From assembly GCF_009914755.1 (NCBI RefSeq), contig NC_060935.1: a DNA stretch of 64,000 bases. The stretch is one strand, 5' to 3'. Below are positions 29,575 to 41,258 of this stretch, piece by piece. The notes beneath the pieces were generated by a model. It was not told where the DNA came from. It was given only the letters and a program-made list of their open reading frames with translations, and made no database searches. Both the position numbers and the translations under genes were made by a program. The first letter of the stretch is position 1, and each line of letters opens with the position of its first letter. Origin of the DNA: the human T2T-CHM13v2.0 reference genome, Homo sapiens.

Positions 29575-31474
29575 ATAATATCTCACCTAACAGGTGTAAG
29601 ATGATATATCATTGTGATTTTGGTTTTCATTTTGCTGATGATTACTGATATTAAGCACCTTTCATATACCTGTTGGTCATTTGCATGTCTTCTTTGGAAA
29701 AAAATATTCTAATCACTTCCTTTTTCCATTTTGTAATAGGATGATTCTTTTCTGCTGTGAGTTGGATGAGTTTCTTATATCTTTTACATATTAACCCCTT
29801 ATCATATATATGGCCTCACCGCTTCTATTCAACATAGTACTAGCAAGAGCAATCAGACAAGAAAAAAAAATAACATTCAAATTGAAAAGAAAAAATTTAA
29901 ATTTATTTCTGTTTGCAGATGACATAATCTTATATGAAGGAAACCTCAACAATTTCAGACAAAACTGCTAGTACCAATAAATTAATTCAATAGAGGCACA
30001 CGATAGAGGATCAACATATAAAATCAGTCACATTTATTTGCCAATCAAGATTTATTAAAAAAATAAAGAAAACAATTCAATTTACAATAGCATCAAAGTC
30101 AAATACCCAAGAATAAATTTAACCAAGAAAGTAAAAGATATGTACACTTAAAACATTGAAAGAAATTGAAGAACACAGAAACAAATAGAAAGATATCCTG
30201 TGTTGTGAATTTGAAGAGTTAATGTTGTTAATATGTCCATTTTTATGCAAAGTAATCTACAAATTCAATGAAATCCCTATCAAAATTCCAATGACATTTT
30301 TTACAAAAATTAAAAATAAAACCAATTCTAAAATGTATATGGAACCACAAAACATCTGCTATAGCCAAAACGATCTTGAGAAAGAAAAACAAAGTTCGTT
30401 GCATCACAATTTCTGATGTAAAATTGTATTGCAAAGCTGTAGTCATCAAAATAGTGTGGTACTGGCATTAAAACACATATACGGCCCAATGGAACAGAAT
30501 AGATAGCCCGGAAATAAATAAAAAAATATACAGACAGCTGATTTCTAACAAGACCACCAAGAAGACACACATAGAAAGGATACTCTGTCTAACAAATAGT
30601 ATTGGGAAAACAAGATAGTCACATGTAAAAGAATGAAACTGGATCCTTGCTTCACACTATACACAAAAATCAACTCAAAATGGATTGAAGACCTAAACCT
30701 AAGATATGAAACCACAAAACTCCTAGAAGAATACATAGAAATAAAGTCCATTGATATTGGCCTTGACAATGGTTGTTTTGTATATCACACCAAAAATTCA
30801 AGCAACGTAGGCAAAAATAAACGAATGGGACTGTCAAACTAATAAAGACCTTCTGCACAACAAAGGAAACAGTCAACAAAATGAAAGGCAGCCTGCAGAC
30901 GGGAGAACATATCTGAAAACCATATATCTGATAAGAAGTTAATATCCTAATGGATATTTGTCTTTTAGTTCACTATTTTGAATTTTATGCAGTTCCAATG
31001 TCTTCGTAAGATATTACCATCTAATGACTAAAAAATACATGAGACTGGCCATACCCTAACGTTAAGCAATGGCAAAGTATGTCAAATAGCATGAGTAGTC
31101 CCAAATTTTTGGTATTCACGCGCATTTGACATATCTGTGAACATGACGTATGGAGAACCTCATTACATGTAATCATAGAATGATGAAGAGAGAGACATAT
31201 TACTTCTAAATTACAATTTAAAAAGTTACATTTAGACATAAGGTAACAGAACATAAGTGAGTTAGTAACAGAAATAACTAGAACTGAAATTCTAAAAACC
31301 CTGTGGGGAACACTAAACAACTGGGGTTTCCTAAGTCTTAAGCTGAAGAGTAAAAGAAACATACGTCTTTCATGCCATCCAAATGCTTCCTCTCATGCCA
31401 TAATATATGGTGAAAATAAACAAATGTATCCATACCTATTCAAATAAACATATACGGGATTAACAGAGACTTAG

Positions 31475-31897
<423 letters not shown>

Positions 31898-32293
31898 TGA
31901 ACACTTAAAATACACTGAGATAAATAGAATATTAATAGAATAAGTATTAGGATACTAATTAGAATACTAATAGAATACTTACTGAGTCTGTAAGTATTTG
32001 AGTCTATAAGAATACTAATAGAATACTTATTGAGTCTATAAGACTCAAACCTCAGGAATCAAAAGGGTCATATATTAAATAAAAAAATAAAACAACCCCA
32101 TGAAAAATAGTTAATTCTGTTCATACATTTTGTAATACACTAAGGACATTTTTAAGAAATAGTCCTGATTTATTAGCAGATTGGCAGATCAGGAGCTAGA
32201 AGAAGGTCTGTATCTTCTCAATTACAAAGCAAATGATAGCTTGCTAATTATGTGTCTTATCTATGGCTTCTTCAATCATGATTAAAAGTTCTA

Positions 32294-32622
<329 letters not shown>

Positions 32623-33859
32623 TTAGTCCAGAGCTCAAAGTTTCTCATGGAATATTATTGCTCCAGCACAAGTAAGCAGCCAAAGTGGGAAAAATACATT
32701 CAAGCCTATTCTAAAGAAAAAGGATGGGCTATATATACATTAACACAGCCGCAGCCAATTTTAATCATGCCTCAAGACTGAACGAAATGGAAAGCCATGA
32801 ACCTTTCATTACAGTGTCTAATTTTTGCTCTTGTTATTTTTGTTGCTATTGTTTTCAATCCAGAATCAGATTAGTTCTCACTACTAATTTCCTAAGGAAA
32901 AAATTATCTTCATTGTACCAATACATTTAATGTCAAGAATTTTACTAAGGAATATATATTTTTAGAAAATAAGTGCCATTTTGTTTGAATTCAAGTTTCT
33001 GATGAGCTTCAAGCAAATGAAAGAACATGGACCTTAGACACTTTTTCCTAGTGCATCATTTCCTAAGTGAAAGTTTCACATTTGACCTGATGATCACCTC
33101 ATAAGGGACTATTAGCAAGTGGGTCACATGGAAAGAGATAGGAAAAAATGGAAATAGGGTTTACAGTATCCAGTCACATGTTATACTGGTTAGAGACTAA
33201 TTTTGGAACCTTGAAATTGTCAACCTGAAAAGGCTAGAAAACATATATGTACCTATGTGTATCTGTCTTCAGTTTTATAATCTTTTATTCAGTAGTTTAA
33301 TAAAAAGTTCACAAAGCTTTTAGAAGTTGAGCTCATCTGACATTCTTACATTATATATATGTTTTAAATTTATTCATGCATGTAGCTGTGCTGTGTGTAT
33401 TTTGAGTATCATGTGAATGACTGTATGCGTGTATGTGTGGTATTATATAGATATGCATTTGTTATGTGTGTTTCCTTAATTCAAGAGACATTACGTTTAG
33501 TCACACAAGTATATTCTGAGAACTTCCAATTACATTATACATCATCACTTGTCTTCTCTATGATACATGCAGAGTGATAGTCTCAAGAAAGCAAATCTCA
33601 TATTTTCTCACCAAACTCATTGTTGAAAAATTATTCTGTGGCTTCTACAATTTAGTAAGGATGACTTACAAGGCCCTTCATGATCCTTACTTAGGTTATT
33701 AGTTCTATTTCAACACCATTTTCTCCCTCTTCCTTTGTTGAGTGAGTCAGTCAAGCCCTTTTTCTTCAAGAGCAAGTAAAAGGATGTTTTGAGATTAACT
33801 TGAGAGATGGGAAGGAGTCAGGTCAAGTATGTGTGACCAGTTCTTTTGGTCCAGTTAAC

Positions 33860-34170
33860 TTCTGTCCATCTGCATTATCCTACTCATGTTTATGCTCTAG
33901 ACCTTGCTCAAGTGTTACTTCAGAAATGTCTGCCTCTAGACACAGTCTTGTTCAGATTATTTTGTTAAATTTTTCATTCCTTCCCAGCTCATTTCTCAAT
34001 TTTAAATTCTACATTCTCTTATGAGATTATTTATTTATGTGTTTGTTCCCTAATAAACTATAGTGTGAATTCACTGAAAGGAGAAAGCTCACATCATTTT
34101 GCTCACCATTAAATACTCAGGAATGTTTTTGGACACAAAATAAGTACCAAAAAACTATTTATTTTGTTAG
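33860..34170 (+). mobile_element. L2 LINE 3' remnant
   Basis: Weak similarity to the L2 3' end (ttgctcaccattaaatactcag...ggacacaaaataagtaccaaaaaactattt); highly diverged. Confidence 0.4.
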
Positions 34171-34182
34171 AATAGCACATAC

Positions 34183-34502
<320 letters not shown>

Positions 34503-35225
34503 TTGAATAGCATATAATATTGCTTCCTCTATTATCCAGACTTCATTATTTTATCCTTTTTATGCATATACAAGCTTTCTTAATCTGGATGATAGATGAG
34601 TTGATCAAGCAATGTTGTTAACTGATTTAGCAAACAAATAGCATTCATAAGCATTAATATCTGTCTGAATATTATTAAAATGTTTAATGAAATGAAATTT
34701 TGGTGGTGATTATTTTATACTCAACTTTTCCTAAGTAATAAGGATATTCTTTCATGTATTTAATAGCTTTATGTTGTCTCAGATATGCATGAAAGAAAAA
34801 ATCATCTTGAAACAGACAATAAATGTGATCTTTTTATTCAGGATGGCCTTTAAATTATTTTCCAACTCTGAGATTTCATGAATCTACAATCACCTAAGGT
34901 TCATGATGTGCTCTTCCTTAATTCCTTGACTGTCTTATGATTTGAATTTTCCCTGAAACTTGAACGTCATCTTCTTTCAAAACTTGATTCAACATCCACT
35001 GGAAAACTCTAGGCTGATGCCAAGACCTATTAACCAGAGTAGGAATCAGCTGAGTCAAGTTAAGCAATGTGAAGTATTCGAGATTAAGTTCTCTCCTCTT
35101 CTGACAGTTTATCCAAATATCTTGTTAAAGAATTATTTAAGCTGGTGATGCTTTTTAAAATATGTAGTATCACTACACCTTCTGAGGGCTATCTTTGTGT
35201 CATCTCAACTATTGGAAGTTGATGT

Positions 35226-36271
35226 TGAGAGTGCAGGAGGAAGCCAAATGCCTAGGCAGATAGGGCTGGGTCCCTGGTGAAACCCTACCTCCAAACTGAA
35301 GGCAGGTTACAGCCTGAAAGCCAAGCTACAAGTTAAAACCTTGGACCGGATTGAGAACTTGTCTTCCTGTTTGGCACACTTTCCTCTGATTGGTCTCCAC
35401 CCTTCTCCTATTTTACATATACCTACCCTTTCCTAATTAATTTTTCTACACTGTTGTGCCCACCTTTGAGTGATGTTGGGAGAAAAGCTGAGTGTTGGGA
35501 GAGAAGCTGAGGCAGGGCTTGCCTGTCTGACATAATGTAAAAGAGTCTTGGAACAAGTCCTGGGTCCAGGGTCTAAAACCTCTCGTGGCCTTTGGAACAC
35601 CAAGCTCTATGCTAAAGGGTGGAAGGCTACCCTGACACACCATAATCTAAGCCCAGGGCACAAAACCCCTTGTGGCTTGGATAGAATCCAGGGCTCAAGG
35701 CATAAAACCCCTCATGGCTCTGGAATGTGTCTAGACTTGCTGGCTCCTTGCTCCTTGCTCTCCCAGGATTGATTGTATCTTGAGTTAAAAGAACCTGCCC
35801 TCCATTATCTCAAGTAGCAGACCATATGCTAAACCGTCACAGCTGTAAATCATGTGCTTAATGCAACGCTCCGTTTCGACCCCCACATTCTCACCAACTG
35901 TTTGTTTGTTCACCATTAAATAGTCTGGACTTCCAGAGCTCAGGGCTTTTGCAGCCTCCATACTTGCATTGGCCCCCTGGATCCACTTTCTCTCTCAAAC
36001 TGTCTTTTCTCATTCCTTTGACTCCGCTGGACTTCATTGCCCCCATGACCTGGTGTTGAGTCTGATCACCCCAACAAGTGGTGTCTTTGCTTTAACTATT
36101 TTTTGCATACTCACAAACCAATCAGCATGCACTCCCCATTCTGAGTCCATAAAAGATCCTGCACTCAGGTGAGCTGGGTCACGCCAGTGTGGCCAAGTGG
36201 GACCCTGGTGGGGTGTCACTGGCTGGGGCTCCCCAGCCTGCAAAGTGACTGAGAAGAAAAATCCTACATCA
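35226..36271 (+). mobile_element. MER50-like ERV1 solo LTR, internally deleted and interrupted by another LTR
   Basis: gccaaatgcctaggcagatagggc...; resumes at 36077; ends aatcctacatca; 4-bp TSD atgt. Confidence 0.75.
35474..36076 (+). mobile_element. LTR14B-like (HERV-K14/HML-1) solo LTR, 603 bp
   Basis: tgttgggagaaaagctgagtgttgggagagaagctgaggcagggcttgc...ccccaaca; terminal inverted repeat tgttggg/cccaaca; TSD agtga/agtgg. Confidence 0.75.
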
Positions 36272-36399
36272 ATGTAGTTTCTGTGTGTGAATGACCACAG
36301 AATTTCATATGCAGAATTTTCTAGCAGATACAGAAGCATGAAGGGGTATTCACAAGCAGATTTGGATTTTTAAATGACAATCTTTTGATATTCTGTGTC

Positions 36400-38030
36400 T
36401 TGTGAGACATTGCTGGCATACTTTGTTTTTTAGTCTTTAGACTTGGTTTCCTTTGGTTTTTGTAAACATGTTTATAATAGCTGTTTTGTAGTCTTTTTTT
36501 CTGAGAAGTTCAACATCTGGCCCCCCAGGATGTTTGTTCTGGCTAAATTTTTTAGTATGTGACTTACTTTTTGGTTTCTTTGCAGGTTTTGTGATTTTTT
36601 ATTAAAATGTGGCACTTTAATTGATATATTGTAACAATGCTGATATTAGGGATCCCCACCCTCCCACTGCCTGGCCAGAGATTGTTGTTTCTTGATACTA
36701 TTGCTTTTTGTTAATTTTGCAACTTTGCTGGACAAATTTTGTAGGTTATACATTCCTTACAGTGTGAGGCCACTACATTGTCTACTAGCCTTTTGATTTT
36801 GTTTTGTTTCGTTTTGTTTTCAACTTCTTATTCTTTAAGCCTGACTTCCTCTGCATAAAGATCAGTATAATTTAGTGATCCTCTAGTGGCAGGTTAGATG
36901 ATTTTCTTAGATCCCTCAACTGTGTAACTTGCACCCCTTACTTGGGGTATATGTGTGAAAAGGCATACCTTCAAGCTTCAGGTAAGCTATGATACAGTTT
37001 TAGCTTTCATTTCCTGCTTGCACAAGGCCTCTGTGTCAGTCAGAAGTGAGTGACTGATGACTTCACCATTTATGTCTTGGGCATGAAACTAGCCTTGAGC
37101 ATGTACAGGCTTTTCTATCCCCAAGACTGTCAAAACTTTTCAAAGCTGCCTATGATTGCCTAGTTTACCAGGATGTCATTTTAAACTTTTGCCAGACTCT
37201 TCTTTGTCCCAAATTAAATTACAGCCTAAAGCAGCTGTGATATTGTCAACATATTACAATAGTTTATGGTAGTACCCTGAAGGTAGGTTTTTTGTTTGTT
37301 CATTTGTTGCTTATTGTTTTATGTTTGCCTGAACTGAGCGCTGAGTCAAAATAAATAACCACAAAATCTTGCATGTAGAAATTTTCCTGAGACCTGAAAA
37401 TCTGGACTAAATATTGACTATTTCTGGCCATGGAGCTTTTAACAGAGCTCCGCAATAGGTTATTCTTCTCTGTTAGGTACGAGGCTGTCACTCGTTCATA
37501 GCTAGCTACCACACCACTGGCCTGGGCAAACATCATACACTCTGCTTTCTTATTGAGGTTCCATAGTTTCTCTTGGTAGAAGATTTTCAACTCTTTCTGT
37601 GGCATTAATTAATAGAGTCCTGAAGGAGTTTATTTTAATTGTTTTGCCAGTATTTTGTTGTTTTTGCATGAGAGAGTGAGTTCACTGAGATCTTTAACGT
37701 TTCTGAAGTTAATTTCATGTTTTTACATTGTGTTGTTATATATCAAGTTATTCCCTGCAGGCAGAACATACTTAGATCTCTCTTTCTCAATGTGAACTGA
37801 CAATCTCAACCTTTTAATCAGGGTGTTTAGACCATTTGTACGTAATAAGAACACTGATGTGATTAGGATTAATTCTAGCTGCTTGCTATTTGTATTTCAT
37901 TGATCTCATCTTTATTTCTTTTGTCAGACATTAGCATTAATGCATATTTTCTATAAGTCCAATTTTTAAAAATCTATTGGCTTGATATCTATATTGCATT
38001 ATTATATAATTGTGACTGTAATAACATTCA
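36400..38030 (-). mobile_element. Ancient L1M 5'UTR/ORF1 and ORF2-start remnants
   Basis: T-rich degenerate motifs (tttataatagctgttttgtagtc; gacaatctcaaccttttaatcagggtgtttagaccattt). Confidence 0.55.
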
Positions 38031-38040
38031 TTGTCACAAT

Positions 38041-38134
38041 GTCAGGCTGGTCTCGAACTTCCGACCTCAGGTGATCCGCCCACCTCAGCCTCCCAAAGTA
38101 CTGGGATTACAGGCCTGAGCCACTGCGCCTGGCC
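38041..38134 (-). mobile_element. AluS left-monomer fragment (5' ~94 nt only, no tail)
   Basis: Matches the first ~94 nt of Alu in reverse and stops abruptly. Confidence 0.9.
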
Positions 38135-40004
38135 AGTTGTATTATAACATGTGGAAATACCGTAATAGAAATACATAAGAGAAGCTGTCATCAGAGGGTT
38201 TCTTAAATTGTACTACACAAAGATTTTTTTTTTTCATCAGAATCATCAGTGACTTTTTAAAGAATTGCAGGTCATGATCTCTACCAAGCCAGTAAAACAA
38301 CCTCTCAAAGTAAGGAATTGGCATGTTTAGTAAAAACCACTGAACTATAAAAGAGAATAAAACAAGTATTATTTCTTGGAAATTGGGAAGTTGGAAAATG
38401 ATGAGAATAAAGAGAAAATAATAAAAAAGAAGAGTTTACCTGGGCGATAAGCTAGAGTGGGTGGGTGCATTACTGGAAGGAAGAGATCTTTAATTGTAAA
38501 GCAGACTGTTATTAAAGTGCAAGGAAATCTTTGAAATCCCCGTTAAATCCGCGTGGCCGATGTTGGTAGCTCATTTTACAAATGAGAAAACTCAGAAACA
38601 AGTTTTTCTAAATTACTGTAGTAAGCTTACATGGCCACTTATAGGTGACCTAGAACTAAAACCACTTCTCACAAATCAACGAATGCTACGGTCTCTCCAA
38701 CATTTTTATTGCTTGGTAGCATTTGAATAGCAGTGCCATTGTCAAAAACACATTCATTTCCCTAAAAGGTTGACATAAAATGGAATGTAATGATTCTTAA
38801 GGTACTGCGACTTCTGGCAGGTATCAAGGAGCTCCGCATTACTTGACACATATTTTACATCCTCAGTCCGACCTGATGTAAAATGGAAAGACACTAATGT
38901 AAGAGTTATTTTACACTGAAACAATTTTGGAAAACGTCTTTCTTGGTTCTACGTGCTTCTGTAAGCCTGAGATGCATGATAAAGTTGTGCTACTATCAAA
39001 TGCACAAATAGTTTAAGGAGGAGGCCTTCTAGTAAAAAAAAAAAGAAAAAAAAAAAGATGGCATCTTGGCATTTCCTCAGATTTCTCCTCTCAAATGTAT
39101 TATTTCCTAGTTTCTTTTTATGGTGCATCTGCCAAGGTGTTTTCATTAGGGTTCCTGCTTCTGACAAGCCTAAGGACGGCTGGGAGCCTGCTGGCTTCGG
39201 GTTGATGTGGAGACAGTTTCACAGCGTGTCATCGCTAGACCTCGGTGCTGGAAATCTCAGCATTTCATGATCCCTCCGCCCTGAATTGAAAACGAGCATG
39301 GAGAGCAGCAGAAAGCACTCCAGGTGGGGAGATACATTTGAAGTTCCTGGGAGGAGAAGCAGCTATAAGAAAGGAAAATGAGAGTTGCCAATGTGTAATT
39401 ATAGCCTTTGAATAAAAACCTGTTCAAAATACAAGATTGTCACTCTTCCTTTTCAAAAAGGTTGCTGCTGTGATTGGGGGCCTTGGCACGGTACATTCCT
39501 GGCAGCAGATTACTCACTGGAGTAATCAGGGGAGAATCGACATTTTAAATGAGGCTCTACTTTCTGTAATATCTTACTTTTCACTTTCATTTATTTCCTG
39601 AGCTCTACCAGTTTACATCACATCTCCTTCTGTGTTATTATAATCTCTTTGAAATCTAGTCTTTCTTTTTTGTCTTGCAGTTTGGGATACCCCATTATTT
39701 TCTTTGATATAATAAAACTCATTTTTAAAGAAATATGTTCTGATCCTTTGTAGAATTTATAGTTAAGTATTGAGAGACGTTGGTTGTAAATAAGAAAATT
39801 CCCATGCTAGTTTCCTTATAATGTTACTTATTTTGAAATGGCAGCTTTCCTTTAATGTTGCCGTTTTCTAAAAAAGTACTTGAGGGGAGGACCTGCAGGA
39901 ATGAAATAGGGTCATCATGACTGGCCTCCAGTGAGAGACATATTCGTGATCAAGGTAAATTTCTTCGGCTTTTGTTAATTTGCATTTTCACCTTTGTTAG
40001 TTAC

Positions 40005-40132
40005 TCTTCTTTCTTTTTTTCTTTTTCTTTTCTTTTTTTATTATACTTTAAGTTTTAGGGTACATGTGCACAACTTGCAGGTTAGTTACATATGTATACA
40101 TGTGCCATGTTTGTGTGCTGCACCCATTAACT
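40005..40132 (-). mobile_element. Very short 3' fragment of a young L1PA (L1PA2-4-like) with T-rich tail
   Basis: ttattatactttaagttttagggtacatgtgcacaac...gttagttacatatg...cacccattaact. Confidence 0.9.
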
Positions 40133-40951
40133 TTTTTATGATGACTTAAGTATTACCAAGTAAGGGTAAACTTTACAAACCTAACTGGTTGAAAAGCTTA
40201 CTGGTTTGCTGGCTTACAACGTAGTAATGCATGCAAGTTCATCTCTTTCACTGAAATGTTGACGATATTGAAAATGTAGAATCAAGTATAATTACTTGCA
40301 AATACTCTCATATAGATTAACTGTAAAATTCTGAACTGTTAATTATATCAATTGTGAATTTAATAAATACTTATTATAAATCATTCTTTACCAAATACAA
40401 GCAAGATATAGACTTTTTGTCTTAAAAATGCAGTAACCGTTTCATTGTATAAAAGAAGGATATCTCAGAGATGTGTATAAGTTACCTTAAAAGTAGAAAT
40501 AAAATATATTTCAGCTTCTAATATTTTATTCAAGAAAAAATTAACTCACCTTGGATCCAGGCATGAATTGTTCTCAGTAGGGAGCAAATATTAATTAGGA
40601 AGTACATAGCAAATAATCTGTTTCATATTTCAAGTCATTTTAAAGAAGGAAATAATTACAATTTAAATGATTTATAAGAAATAAATTGATAAATGGGTAA
40701 TATATTTAATAATAACAAGAAATTTATGTCTGGCCTAAGAATTCCATAGCCTCACCTCACACAAATATGTGTTTCATTTCTGATTTTGGGATGTGGCCCA
40801 TTTTTGGGTTCTGGGTCACTGTCTGATGCATGATTCTGATCCTGGGTTATGCACAACTCCAGAAACACTAATTTTTGTGCCATGGTAAAAGCATGACTTT
40901 GGCTCACATCCTCGTTTCTGTGGTCCAATTTGAGTTCTAAAAGCTTAGACA

Positions 40952-41258
40952 AGTCTGGACACCATGGCTCACACCAGTAATCCCACCACTTTGGGAGACT
41001 GAGGCAAGAGAATTGCTTGAGGCCAGGAGTTCAAGACCAGCCTGGGCAATGTAGTGAGACTCTCTCTACAAAAAATATATAAGGGTCAAAATAGCCAAGA
41101 TGGTTCTGCCTGCGCCCAGCTACTCAGGAGACAGAGGTGAACTCAGTCGGGGAAGTAGAGGCTACAGTAGCTATGATCACGCCATGGTGTTCCAGTGTGG
41201 GAGACAAAGTGAGACCCTATCTCAAAACAAAACAAAACAAAACAAGATGAAACAGCAC
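40952..41258 (+). mobile_element. AluJ element with (AAAAC)n tail
   Basis: ttgcttgaggccaggagttcaagaccagcctgggc; ctatgatcacgcca; TSD aaaagcttagacaa / aaaaccatagacaa. Confidence 0.88.

Larger units (their letters stand above)
27909..30945 (-). mobile_element. Twin-primed (5'-inverted) L1MA8/9-type element: 3' part on - (27909-29813), inverted ORF2 part on + (29814-30945)
   Basis: L1MA 3'UTR in reverse at 27925-28300; + strand ORF2 peptides ([18 protein letters not shown]; MKLDPCFTLYTKINSKWIEDLNLR); TSD cctaatggatttttatcc / cctaatggatatttgtct. Confidence 0.85.

Noticed and set aside
39230-39252. REST/RE1 site (reverse complement tccagcaccgaggtctagcg)
   Set aside because: Only the left half-site CAGCACC matches; the GGACAG half is poor.
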